64,000 nucleotides of DNA from positions 1 to 64,000 of the IMG/VR virus record IMGVR_UViG_3300002026_000124; one strand, 5' to 3'. This document shows, in pieces, positions 38,224-47,752 of the stretch (its first letter is position 1; the number at the start of each line of letters is the position of its first letter). The position numbers and the translations under genes are program-made. The notes beneath the pieces were generated by a model. That model was not told the origin of the DNA. It saw only the letters and a program-made list of their open reading frames with translations, and ran no database searches. The DNA comes from a virus (taxonomy: Duplodnaviria; Caudoviricetes).

Positions 38224-38948
38224 TGACAACAGGTGAGAGACTATTATCAATATCATCACTTTCTAGTGGTACTACACTTGACTTATTTATGAATATCAGT
38301 GGAGGTACTTCATTAAATTATCCCGAATTAATATATGTTGATATAACAAATTGTAGTGCAATTGGTAGTGATGATGGTCAATTAGAAATTACCGCAAGTG
38401 GTGGCACAGCTCCATACACATATTCAATTGGTGGTGCATATCAAAGTAGTAACATTTTTACCGGATTATCTGCGGGAACATACAGCATTTCGGTTAAAGA
38501 CTATGCTTCATTAATTGATAGTATTGGTGGAATTAAATTAACTGTCCCTAGTTCGGGTCCACCATCAACAGTAATACCGTTTATTTATAGTTTAATAATT
38601 ACTGATTTAACTCAAAATAATTCATTAGATGGTAGTATTAAGGTATTTGCTAGTGGTGGTACTATGCCATACACATATTCAATTAATGATAATCCTTATC
38701 AAGTAAGTAATAATTTCTCAGGTTTACCTGCAGGTGATTTTAAAATTAATGTTAAAGATGCGGATGGGTTAATTGGTGGTTTATCTGGAATTAAAGTGAG
38801 TTCGCAAACATTAGTTAGTGGGGGTAGTGGTTGGGGTGGTGGTAGAAAATTCGACAATCAACGCTATAAAACTAAAGTCAATGTTAAGAATATAAAAATT
38901 AGTGATACCGATTTAAATGAAAGTATTAAAGTTAGGGTAACGATTTAG
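38223..38948 (+). CDS. SprB-repeat protein
   Basis: Two DG.I...ASGGT.PYTYSI....YQ.SN.F.GL.AG...I.VKD repeats. Confidence 0.75.
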   Translation: MTTGERLLSISSLSSGTTLDLFMNISGGTSLNYPELIYVDITNCSAIGSDDGQLEITASGGTAPYTYSIGGAYQSSNIFTGLSAGTYSISVKDYASLIDSIGGIKLTVPSSGPPSTVIPFIYSLIITDLTQNNSLDGSIKVFASGGTMPYTYSINDNPYQVSNNFSGLPAGDFKINVKDADGLIGGLSGIKVSSQTLVSGGSGWGGGRKFDNQRYKTKVNVKNIKISDTDLNESIKVRVTI

Positions 38949-38990
38949 TACTAATTTATAAAATCGAACTATTTATATGAAAACATTGTT

Positions 38991-39572
38991 ATGCAAAAAT
39001 TTTTCACAGATAAAACAAAATTATTCGAATGCAACATATCTGTTGATGGTGCGAATATTAATGAAACCAAGGCTAGACTAATTCTAGAATTTCCTAATAA
39101 AAGAAATCTTTTATTTTATGGTGATATTGATACTAATGGTAAATGTAAGGTAGTAATACCCGCACTTAAGGAAATGAATGAATGTGAGGGGACAGTTTTA
39201 TTGGAAGTTATTGCAGAATCAACACATTTCGAATCATGGAGAGATAAATTTCAACTCGAAACTAATAAAAAGGTGCAGGTCGAAATGGTTGAATCACAAA
39301 AAGAGGTTATTATTGAAAATACTAAGCCACGTGTTGCAGTTATTGTCGACAATGTGGTGGAAATTAATCCAACCTATAAAAAGTTTGATAAGTTTGTTAA
39401 TGAAAATAAAATTAACATAAATTCGGTTATGAAAAATAAAACCGAATTTTTCAACACTTTATATGAATTTAAAAACCGTTATAATGCAAGTAAAGAAGAT
39501 GTAGTTATAATTGTTGAAGAATTGAAAAAGGTTGCAAATTCAAATGAAATACAAAATTTATTAAATTCTTAA
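38991..39572 (+). CDS. Hypothetical protein
   Basis: 193-aa ORF with CTATTTAT upstream. Confidence 0.55.
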   Translation: MQKFFTDKTKLFECNISVDGANINETKARLILEFPNKRNLLFYGDIDTNGKCKVVIPALKEMNECEGTVLLEVIAESTHFESWRDKFQLETNKKVQVEMVESQKEVIIENTKPRVAVIVDNVVEINPTYKKFDKFVNENKININSVMKNKTEFFNTLYEFKNRYNASKEDVVIIVEELKKVANSNEIQNLLNS

Positions 39573-39580
39573 TTAATTTC

Positions 39581-39610
39581 TGTAACATTCCTTGTTGATT
39601 ATCGTATAAT
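39581..39610 (+). promoter_or_regulatory. Phage-specific promoter motif TGTAACA-N15-CGTATAAT
   Basis: Same motif at 47724-47753 (+) and 11825-11854 (-); variants at 51704 and 59298. Confidence 0.65.
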
Positions 39611-39644
39611 ATACTATATTTGAAATATTTTTAAATACTGTATT

Positions 39645-40290
39645 ATGTTTATTATTTCAAAAAAGAAAGATTATTACGATGGCGTTGTTGGTACTGTTGG
39701 TATCGACAAAACACTTGTGTATAACCGTGAAACTGTTGAAATCGAGGAAAATAAATTCCCAAATATTCTAAAAAAAATGCCATATTATGGTAGCCGATAA
39801 TTTCATAATTGGATTTTGTGGAAAACTTTATGTTGGTTGGAAACTCTCATATGAAGTAGATGCTCCACAGGGTAAAGTATTAATGAGTGACATCACATAT
39901 GATTTTGAATTTATTAAGAGCATATTTAATTGTGATGGTTGGAGTGGTAAACTAATTGACCAATATAATTATGTTGTAAGCTATGATGCGTTGCAATTAT
40001 TTATAGATTTAAAAGTACCTGTTTTTATATATGAAGTCTATCATAACAGAACATCCATTGGTAAATATTGGGGTAGAGATACTACAAAATTCTTTGTTAA
40101 TCCCACACTAAAAGATTATGAGTTCTTTAAAATTTTTGATAGTTTTCAAGCGTTTCAAGAAATTCAGATGTTTATGGGTGGTGTATTAGGTAGGGGTGAA
40201 AAGGAAATCGTTGAAATTGAAGACAAATATAAGATTGCACAACACGGATTTAATAAATGGAGTTTTAGAAAAGAACCAAAAACTAAATAA
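39645..40290 (+). pseudogene. Hypothetical gene split by a frameshift at an A8 tract
   Basis: ORF 39645-39800 joins ORF 39787-40290 if one A of 39770-39777 is skipped. Confidence 0.5.
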
Positions 40291-40291
40291 T

Positions 40292-40699
40292 ATGTCTGAA
40301 AGTCATGAAGGTGGGTTTCAATTTGAAACTGAAAGAGAAAAATTTAAAAGACACATGGAAGAACAAAGGGCGTTGTTCGAAAGAAAAGTGTACGAAAAAA
40401 GAGTGAGAGTGATGGAAGCTAATTCTGTTGAATCTAAAACCGATTCCTTAATTAAAGAAATTGAAAGACTGAGGGTTGAGAATGCTAATTTAAGAAACGA
40501 AAATGGAAATTTGTATGCTAAAATTAGAAAGCTAACTTATTATTCAGAGAATAATAAAACTACACAGCAATCAGGATTTATAGTTGTACCAAAAAAAGAA
40601 GGTCCTTCGATGTACGATATATTTGCTAGTAATTGGGAGTCTGTAAAAGAATTTATCAAAAATATAGGAGATAAAACAATAAAGTGGTTTAATAGTTAA
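40292..40699 (+). CDS. Coiled-coil hypothetical protein
   Basis: ATG directly after the upstream stop. Confidence 0.55.
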   Translation: MSESHEGGFQFETEREKFKRHMEEQRALFERKVYEKRVRVMEANSVESKTDSLIKEIERLRVENANLRNENGNLYAKIRKLTYYSENNKTTQQSGFIVVPKKEGPSMYDIFASNWESVKEFIKNIGDKTIKWFNS

Positions 40700-40734
40700 A
40701 TCATAAAGTATTTAGGGTAAAACAACATTTTAAA

Positions 40735-41010
40735 ATGGAACAAGAATTACACGATATTCACATAATACCCGCAGTGTTTCTCAAATATAGAGAAGATGGT
40801 AATGTGATTTTAAGATGCTTACAGGGTGAAGAAACTGTGGATAGGGCATTTGAACCACATATTACCAAAGGTATTAAAGACCCAAAATATTTATTGTTGG
40901 GAATCATGACAGGTGTTGGGTACACGCAATTGAATGTTTGCGATGCTAGTGAATTTGAAGATTTATTTATTGAAAAGTGGTCGATTCTTTATAAAAACGT
41001 TGACTATTAA
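40735..41010 (+). CDS. Hypothetical protein
   Basis: 91-aa ORF in operon. Confidence 0.55.
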   Translation: MEQELHDIHIIPAVFLKYREDGNVILRCLQGEETVDRAFEPHITKGIKDPKYLLLGIMTGVGYTQLNVCDASEFEDLFIEKWSILYKNVDY

Positions 41011-41342
41011 TGGAAAGCGAAACCGATAGATTACATCAACAATTAATTAAACTTGGTGATATGATGGGGGATGGTTTACACCATGAAGACCCTTGGATAT
41101 CTAGAGAATATAGAAAGGTGCTTAAAGCACTTCATCCCGAAATGTTTCCTAGTAAGAAACGTAAACCAAGTCAGAAACTAATCAGGACATTAATACCATG
41201 TACCTGTGGTGCGAAAGGATGGGTATTTGTTAGATTTAATGAGGGAAAAGTTGGTATTAAATGTAAAGATTGTCAACGTGCTACCGGAGAATGTAATAGT
41301 AATACCGAAGCATGTGAAAATTGGAATAAATTAGTTCATTGA
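41010..41342 (+). CDS. Hypothetical protein with C-terminal Zn-ribbon (Lar-like)
   Basis: PCTCG...IKCKDC.......EA...WN pattern. Confidence 0.5.
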   Translation: MESETDRLHQQLIKLGDMMGDGLHHEDPWISREYRKVLKALHPEMFPSKKRKPSQKLIRTLIPCTCGAKGWVFVRFNEGKVGIKCKDCQRATGECNSNTEACENWNKLVH

Positions 41343-41348
41343 TATTAT

Positions 41349-41630
41349 GGGGGCGACTTGGATTTGATTAGATGTCAGATTGGTAAAGTAAGCAAGTCTT
41401 AGTTGAATCAGACTAAGTAAAAAAGAGTGTTGAACTCGCAATGGTAGCGTAGGGAATAAACAAACCAACAAAAACTTCTGGTGAAGTAAGTTATGAATAA
41501 GTGAGTAACGAATCCCGAAGAGAAACTAAAATGTAAACTATTCTATTTTGCTTGTTTAGAAAAACGAGATAAACTTGTAGAAAACCTATTAATCACATTT
41601 AAGACGAGGGTTCGAATCCCTCCGCTTCCA
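41349..41630 (+). ncRNA. ssrA: tmRNA (short, ~282 nt)
   Basis: 5' GGGGGCGACTTGGATTTGA; 3' GAC-GAGGG-TTCGAAT-CCCTC-CGCTTCC-A; G3:U70 alanine identity. Confidence 0.85.
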
Positions 41631-41656
41631 CTTAATACATTAAAAATCAATTAGTT

Positions 41657-41932
41657 ATGGGAAAGAAATCATTGAAAAGTAAATTAATTGGATTAGTACT
41701 TAAAAATCTATGTAAAGAAAATTTTGAATTAATTACACAAGAATTAGTACAAGATGATTTAAATAAATATTTAGCATTTAAAACAAGAGTTTCTGATTTT
41801 AGATTATGTGAAGACCAAAATTTTAAAAGTGCTGGAATATCATTTACTGATGATAATGATGAATTTCGTGTGATTAATGTTACTATTGGACAAACAATTA
41901 CATCGAAAAATAAACTATTAAAAATCAATTAG
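41657..41932 (+). CDS. Hypothetical protein
   Basis: 91-aa ORF. Confidence 0.5.
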   Translation: MGKKSLKSKLIGLVLKNLCKENFELITQELVQDDLNKYLAFKTRVSDFRLCEDQNFKSAGISFTDDNDEFRVINVTIGQTITSKNKLLKIN

Positions 41933-41934
41933 TT

Positions 41935-42363
41935 ATGGGACTCGATTATGAAAAAATGAGCAAAATGTTGGATGATTATATTGCATCACCAGAAGGTATT
42001 GCATATTTCGAAAATAAACGAATTATCCAAGAAATTCAAGAAGGTCGCTACAGGCGTTTTGAGGCGTATTTACAGACACATGATTTTGATAAGTTAATGT
42101 ATCGGCTAATACTTGAACATGGGGAAGAATGGCGTGAAAAATGCTACCACAGTGGTTGTGAACCATATCCTAATAACAAGCTGCAATTCATCATCGATTA
42201 TGTACAACGTGAATTTGAAGTAATTAGGGTAGCACAACTTGAGAATATGTTTAATACGCAAATAAGGTTCTTCAAGGGATATTATTTCAGAATCATGCAT
42301 GGTCAGGGCAGTTGTTTTGATTTATATAATGGTGGGGATTTTAAACATTTATTAAGTGCATGA
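41935..42363 (+). CDS. Hypothetical protein
   Basis: 142-aa ORF. Confidence 0.55.
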   Translation: MGLDYEKMSKMLDDYIASPEGIAYFENKRIIQEIQEGRYRRFEAYLQTHDFDKLMYRLILEHGEEWREKCYHSGCEPYPNNKLQFIIDYVQREFEVIRVAQLENMFNTQIRFFKGYYFRIMHGQGSCFDLYNGGDFKHLLSA

Positions 42364-42671
42364 AAAAATTCAATAAATTAGTAAGGGATAGGATTCCGGA
42401 AATCATTGTAAAAAAGGGTTCGAAATGTGATTATCATATTGCTGAAAATAATGAAGAATTTATAACTAAACTTCACGAAAAACTCAGGGAAGAAGTCCAG
42501 GAATTCGAAGATAACCCAAGTATTGAAGAAATGGTTGACATAATGGAAGTTCTGGAAAGTCTATCAATATATTACGGTTTTGAAGCAGATGAAATCGATA
42601 AAGAGAAGAAAGAAAAGAATGAAAAACGTGGGGGATTCAAAAAAAGAATAATATTGGATTCTACGGATTAA
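42360..42671 (+). CDS. MazG-like / PRA-PH-like nucleotide pyrophosphohydrolase
   Basis: KLVRDRIPEII...KL.EE..EF...EE..D..EV pattern. Confidence 0.75.
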   Translation: MKKFNKLVRDRIPEIIVKKGSKCDYHIAENNEEFITKLHEKLREEVQEFEDNPSIEEMVDIMEVLESLSIYYGFEADEIDKEKKEKNEKRGGFKKRIILDSTD

Positions 42672-42732
42672 GAGATAAAATGTTAACCATTAAATGGGTG
42701 GCGATTCATTAGTAGTTAATATATTAACCAAT

Positions 42733-42821
42733 GGCGGGGTGGTGGAATTGGTAGACACGCTGGACTTAAAATCCAGTGGGCAGTAATGCCCGTGTGGGTT
42801 CGAGTCCCATCCCCGCTACCA
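42733..42821 (+). tRNA. tRNA-Leu(TAA)
   Basis: Canonical class II, loop CTTAAAA, encoded CCA. Confidence 0.95.
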
Positions 42822-42836
42822 AAAATTAGAAAAATT

Positions 42837-43109
42837 ATGGCGAAATTAAAAGTGCCTGTGGATGTACTGTATGAAAAATGCAGGAAAGTCATTAATCATG
42901 AAATCCGAATTGAATCTCGTGAAGAAGCAAGAGAAATTATGCTACTTACTACAGAGAAGCATCGTAATGATTTCGTCAAATATCACCAACAGGACATGGG
43001 TAATATTTGTTGCATGGTTCTTGATGCAGCAAAGCAAGACTTGGTGAAAGAAGGAAAATTAGTTCTGAAACCCGAAGATAGTTTCGGACACCCATTAACA
43101 TTTGAATAA
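42837..43109 (+). CDS. Hypothetical protein
   Basis: Start moved to ATG 42837, downstream of the tRNA. Confidence 0.5.
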   Translation: MAKLKVPVDVLYEKCRKVINHEIRIESREEAREIMLLTTEKHRNDFVKYHQQDMGNICCMVLDAAKQDLVKEGKLVLKPEDSFGHPLTFE

Positions 43110-43149
43110 TATGGCAATAATTTATTAAAAAAACTGTAAAGAAAAGACT

Positions 43150-43332
43150 ATGATAGATATTAAAGCGGGTGAAGGTTTATGCGAATATATTCGAAGGGCA
43201 AATGGTATGAAAAAAGAAATATCGCAATTAAGTGACATACCAAAAATTGTAAATAGTGATAAAATTACAATTACTGGTGGTGCTGAATTTATTGGGAAAT
43301 TTTTGAATGCGTTACCGGAAGAATATAAATAA
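43150..43332 (+). CDS. Small hypothetical protein
   Basis: 60-aa ORF. Confidence 0.4.
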   Translation: MIDIKAGEGLCEYIRRANGMKKEISQLSDIPKIVNSDKITITGGAEFIGKFLNALPEEYK

Positions 43333-43339
43333 TTTTAAA

Positions 43340-43422
43340 GTCCTTGTGATGAAATTGGTAGCACGTGATAGTTTCAAAAACTATTGCCTTCGGGCGTGAG
43401 GGTTCGAGTCCCTCCAAGGACA
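43340..43422 (+). tRNA. tRNA-Leu(CAA)
   Basis: Stem atagt/actat, loop TTCAAAA, long variable arm. Confidence 0.88.
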
Positions 43423-43446
43423 CTAATTTAATTAAAATTTAAAACG

Positions 43447-43496
43447 ATGAAAGAAAAATTTAAAGTCTTGTAGGTTGCTCTAATGCGACTACAAGA
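43447..43496 (+). promoter_or_regulatory. uORF MKEKFKVL* with hairpin covering the next initiation region
   Basis: ATG 43447 to TAG 43473; 12-bp stem 43466-43496 ends 2 nt before ATG 43499. Confidence 0.5.
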
Positions 43497-43498
43497 AA

Positions 43499-43819
43499 AT
43501 GAGAGTAAAAACTATTTCAAAGACCACTACTAATCGTGGTGTATTCAATCGTGCGTATAAAGAACTTCTTGAACGCAAAGGTAGAATCCATTGTTCACGT
43601 TGCAAATACCATAAAGGTGAAAACTATGAAGGTAAATGGTATGGAGAATATATTTATGACGATATGAATACCTGTCGTGGTAAATCAGGAACTCATACAA
43701 AGTTACCAAATTGGAAACTTGTTTCAAAACAACCAAAACAATGGATGAAAAAACCCATCAAATTTGTTGATAAACAATATGGTGGGTACAGGTACATTTA
43801 CGTTGACATCAAATGGTGA
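43499..43819 (+). CDS. Small very basic protein with CxxC
   Basis: K/R-rich 106 aa. Confidence 0.55.
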   Translation: MRVKTISKTTTNRGVFNRAYKELLERKGRIHCSRCKYHKGENYEGKWYGEYIYDDMNTCRGKSGTHTKLPNWKLVSKQPKQWMKKPIKFVDKQYGGYRYIYVDIKW

Positions 43820-43830
43820 TGTCAACACAT

Positions 43831-43902
43831 TGCGAGTTAGCTTAGTGGTAAAGCATCACCTTCATAAAGTGGAGACCGAGGGTTCGAGTCCCTCACTCGC
43901 AA
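43831..43902 (+). tRNA. tRNA-CAT (Met or Ile2)
   Basis: Acceptor tgcgagt/actcgca, loop TTCATAA, one stem mismatch. Confidence 0.8.
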
Positions 43903-43945
43903 CAAAAAACCCATCGAATTCGATGGGTTTAGATTTCCAATATGT

Positions 43946-44572
43946 TTATTTAAATTTATCTTTAATTTTATTAAAAAATCCAGATGGTTTAGCTGGTTCT
44001 TGCACAGGTGCGGGTTCTTGCACAGGTACTGGTGCTGGTTCAGCTGCAGGTTCGGGTTTTGCAGGATTATATTGACTTTTTTCTCCACGAATATCTGCTT
44101 GAATTCTTTTAATAATTGTAGGTAAAATGCTTATATGATTCTGTGATAATAATTCACTTCCACCCTCTAATTCTTCAGGTCTTCCACCATTTTTATCAGT
44201 AATTACTTTTATAACCTTAGAAGTTTCAGGACCTATAGCTACTTTCACTTTCTCAATATTTGGATTATCCAAAATTGGAAAACTTAAAACGATTTCAGCA
44301 CCATTAGGAGAATACATTTCAAAACCCTGAACATCTGCAAATTTCCCCATTACATATTTTTTTAATTCAGGATTAACATATTGTGAGAATTTATCCATTT
44401 GCTGTCCAGCTTTACGTTGATTAATTTCCGAATTACTTCCCGACCATTTATCACGCATAGTGGTATTTAATGCTCGTTGTGCTAACCCTGTAGAAACTTC
44501 ATTTAATTTATGTTTGAATGTTGGGTCAATCTTTCCCATAACTTCAAAAAGTCTTTGTTTATTATCTTTCAT
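43946..44572 (-). CDS. Hypothetical protein with LFE-type N-terminal motif
   Basis: MKDNKQRLFEVMGKIDPTFKHKLNE; PAPVQE repeats. Confidence 0.6.
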   Translation of the reverse strand: MKDNKQRLFEVMGKIDPTFKHKLNEVSTGLAQRALNTTMRDKWSGSNSEINQRKAGQQMDKFSQYVNPELKKYVMGKFADVQGFEMYSPNGAEIVLSFPILDNPNIEKVKVAIGPETSKVIKVITDKNGGRPEELEGGSELLSQNHISILPTIIKRIQADIRGEKSQYNPAKPEPAAEPAPVPVQEPAPVQEPAKPSGFFNKIKDKFK

Positions 44573-44604
44573 ATTATACTATTTTAATATTTTAATATTA
44601 TTTA

Positions 44605-45456
44605 TTATGATATCTCAAAATCTACCCATTCACCTTGGTCTTCAGCATTTTCATCAATTTGATTTTCGCTAACTACCTTTGGTTTACCTCTTTCAAACTT
44701 AACATTTTTAATTATGTTGTCGTTAAGTAATTGTTCCAACAAGTCATTGGATAGTGGTCCATATTTAAATCCACGTCTTAAACTTCTAGCAATAATAAAT
44801 GAAAGTAATGCCGGATTTTTTGTTTCCACAGCAGTAATTTCAAAACTATTATATTTTCCACCATTGACTAATCTCTCAACAAAATCAAATAAATACTCGC
44901 CTTCGGTATTAAAAACTTTCGGGGTTGTAACTGACAAATAATATTTTCCATCAATATTGAATATCATACCAATTAATGTCCTACCATTTTTTACATCATC
45001 TGAAACACCTGCAGTTTCTTCAGCAAATACAGTAATTTTAAACCCTAGTCCCATACCATTTATCCTATTCATTTCTTTCATAAAATCCCAACCATGACCA
45101 CCACGATAACCCGAACTCATTTGTTTAATATGAATCATTTCATGAGCCAAAACATTTTTAAATTGTCGATACGTGAATTTATGGAATGACGACATTGCTA
45201 GATATGAGATAGTAACCTCACCGGTGTATCTATTATATGTTCCATGAACATAACCATGTGTTTTCTTTCTATTATCCTTCCACAATAGTGGTACTTTGGG
45301 TAATATACCATTAAAGAGTTGCTGATTTAATTTATCATATTCATCTTGTATATTAATATCATTTCTATCAACAATATCTTCATCAGCATAAGGTCTTTCA
45401 TTAAGAATTTTACTTACTTCTTCAGTGATTAACGATTTTAATAGTAAGGTGTTCAT
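44605..45456 (-). CDS. SprT-like zinc metalloprotease
   Basis: VLAHEMIH...GHG.DF...M..IN; N-terminal LITEEV motif. Confidence 0.8.
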   Translation of the reverse strand: MNTLLLKSLITEEVSKILNERPYADEDIVDRNDINIQDEYDKLNQQLFNGILPKVPLLWKDNRKKTHGYVHGTYNRYTGEVTISYLAMSSFHKFTYRQFKNVLAHEMIHIKQMSSGYRGGHGWDFMKEMNRINGMGLGFKITVFAEETAGVSDDVKNGRTLIGMIFNIDGKYYLSVTTPKVFNTEGEYLFDFVERLVNGGKYNSFEITAVETKNPALLSFIIARSLRRGFKYGPLSNDLLEQLLNDNIIKNVKFERGKPKVVSENQIDENAEDQGEWVDFEIS

Positions 45457-45458
45457 AA

Positions 45459-45884
45459 TTAAAAATTTACTTTACATTCTTGAGTTTTGAAATCGAAAGA
45501 TAATCCGGAAATATATAATGAACTATCTTTAGCAAGATTGGCATTATTAATAATAAATTTCCACTGATATTCACCGATATTTTTTTGTGTTTCCTGTTTC
45601 ATTTCATCGGTATGTTTATCGTATAATTGTAACATAAACACTCCCTCTACCTTTTCAACATCAACTATAAAGTTTTCTATTCCGAATTCGTTTAACCAAA
45701 AAGAAAAACCCCAAGTAGCAATAATATCGCTACCAATAATTTTATTGTCAAATTCTGTCGTGAAATTATCGTAATTATTGAATGACGAATTGTTTAACCT
45801 TTGATTAAATTTAAATCTTTCATCATTTACTATGTAAGATTCGTTAAGAAATTTTTGAATTTCTTCAAGTATAATATTATTCAT
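45459..45884 (-). CDS. Hypothetical protein with I-x-EE-I N-terminal motif
   Basis: MNNIILEEIQKFLNES; GTATTTAT at 45900-07 on the minus strand. Confidence 0.6.
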   Translation of the reverse strand: MNNIILEEIQKFLNESYIVNDERFKFNQRLNNSSFNNYDNFTTEFDNKIIGSDIIATWGFSFWLNEFGIENFIVDVEKVEGVFMLQLYDKHTDEMKQETQKNIGEYQWKFIINNANLAKDSSLYISGLSFDFKTQECKVNF

Positions 45885-45936
45885 TTGACAACATTTTCTA
45901 TAAATACTCTTGGATAGTTAAAAATCTTACATATAT

Positions 45937-46506
45937 TTGTACTTCAAAATGATTTATATGGAAGTATTAAAGAAACCACTAGTTATTAATTTGTTTGCTG
46001 GACCTGGAACAGGAAAATCAACAACAGCTGCACAAATATTTTCAGAATTAAAATGGCAAGGTTATAGCTGCGAACTTGTTATGGAATTTGCTAAAGAAAA
46101 AGTTTGGGAAGAAAGTTTTAAAGTGCTTGATGACCAAATATATATTTTCGGAAAACAAGTTCACAAAATGCGTAGGCTTGTTGGTAAGGTAGATATAATC
46201 ATTACTGATTCCCCGCTATTATTCTCATTAGTTTACGATAGTACAAAGAATGAGAATTTTAAAAACTTAGTTCTGGATGTTAATAATGAATTCGAAAACC
46301 TGAATGTTTTTCTTATAAGACAAAAAAAATATGTTGAGGCTGGAAGGATGCAAACTGAGGAAGGTGCAATAGCATTAGATACCCAAATTAAGAATATGCT
46401 AATGAATGAAAACCAAACATATTGGGCAGTGAATGCGACACATGAGGTAATTCGTGAAGAACTTCTTCCAATTGTTATTGGAAAATACGAAAATCTAATT
46501 AAATAA
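45937..46506 (+). CDS. P-loop NTPase/kinase (NadR/AAA_28-like)
   Basis: [13 protein letters not shown] and IITDSPL motifs. Confidence 0.75.
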   Translation: MYFKMIYMEVLKKPLVINLFAGPGTGKSTTAAQIFSELKWQGYSCELVMEFAKEKVWEESFKVLDDQIYIFGKQVHKMRRLVGKVDIIITDSPLLFSLVYDSTKNENFKNLVLDVNNEFENLNVFLIRQKKYVEAGRMQTEEGAIALDTQIKNMLMNENQTYWAVNATHEVIREELLPIVIGKYENLIK

Positions 46507-46802
46507 TGACGCAAATCGCATACAAATTATTCAGGCAATTAAAGTCCGGAGAAATAACATCGTTGTTCATCAATAAAAAAGAACGACTTAAACGTGGGGA
46601 ATGGTTAGACGCTAAATCATATCCAACCGATGGATTTAAACATAGACCATTTTGGCATTGTACCGAAAAACCAATTGCCCCACATCTAAGTGAGAAAAAT
46701 AGGATTTGGGTACAGGTTGAAATGGATGATTTCACGGAATTCGATAGACCTGAACACCAAGGTGGTAAATGGTTCTTGGCAAAAAAAATACGAATACTAT
46801 AA
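46506..46802 (+). CDS. Hypothetical protein
   Basis: 98 aa, coupled start. Confidence 0.55.
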   Translation: MTQIAYKLFRQLKSGEITSLFINKKERLKRGEWLDAKSYPTDGFKHRPFWHCTEKPIAPHLSEKNRIWVQVEMDDFTEFDRPEHQGGKWFLAKKIRIL

Positions 46803-47678
46803 TTATTCTTCTCCCTTTGGAATTTGATTAAAATAGTCGCTAAATTTTTCGTATTTAAATTTAGGGTTCAACCATTCTTTACCTCCGGCAGCTAATCTTT
46901 TAACTGCATATAGTTTTAATGCTCTAAAAGGTACTCCAGAACCCGATGACGGAGCTGCTGAATTAAAAAAACTAGGCATAAAATATTGTGCATATTTACT
47001 CTGTAGTTCTCCGGATTTCAATGTGTCGGCAACATTACCAGATTCATCTAAAACCAAAACGATTGATTTTGGATTCCTCGGAACAATATCAAATACTTCG
47101 TCACCATTTCTATCCAATTTTACAACGCTGAATCCATCTACTTTGGTATATTCACCTTTTCTTTGTTGTATTTCCCATTCAGGATTAACCTTTTCTGCTT
47201 CCTGTGCATAGGTTTTCTCCCATTCGAAGCTATATTTTGTGAGTTTAATAAATTTTCCTACCATTGGGTTTTGTTTCGGTTTGGCTAAATATCTATCTAA
47301 TGTTGAACCATATGACACAGTTGCAAATGACCCTGGTTTTAGATTATTTTTTAAAAATTTAAAAAAATCATTAACTTCTTCCGCTTCTTGGCTGTTATTT
47401 GGAATTTGAGGTTTATTCTCTTTATTGCTATCTAACACAAACTGTAATGCTTGTTGAACTTCTTCAGGACTTACTTGATAATCAGTTGCAAGCTGCTGTA
47501 ATTCTTTTGGGGATAATGTTGGTCTTGTTCCCAACATTGTTTTAATATCATTGACCATATCGGTTGAAAAAGATTGCTTTTCTTCGACCTCATTATAATA
47601 TTCTTCTTTCAAAAGAAAACCTGGATTAACCTTTCTCATCATTTCGAAGAGCATCTGTTTTGTGTTACTATTTTTCAT
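46803..47678 (-). CDS. Hypothetical protein with LFE-type N-terminal motif
   Basis: MKNSNTKQMLFEMMRKVNPGFLLKEE; GTATTTAT at 47716-23 on the minus strand. Confidence 0.6.
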   Translation of the reverse strand: MKNSNTKQMLFEMMRKVNPGFLLKEEYYNEVEEKQSFSTDMVNDIKTMLGTRPTLSPKELQQLATDYQVSPEEVQQALQFVLDSNKENKPQIPNNSQEAEEVNDFFKFLKNNLKPGSFATVSYGSTLDRYLAKPKQNPMVGKFIKLTKYSFEWEKTYAQEAEKVNPEWEIQQRKGEYTKVDGFSVVKLDRNGDEVFDIVPRNPKSIVLVLDESGNVADTLKSGELQSKYAQYFMPSFFNSAAPSSGSGVPFRALKLYAVKRLAAGGKEWLNPKFKYEKFSDYFNQIPKGEE

Positions 47679-47752
47679 AAAATGTATTATTTATGTTTAT
47701 ATCATTAATTTTAACATAAATACTGTAACATAATCATAAATTATTCGTATAA

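Noticed and set aside
43340-43422. Opal suppressor or Sec tRNA (TTCAAA in the loop)
   Set aside because: Stem register gives anticodon CAA on a normal Leu body.
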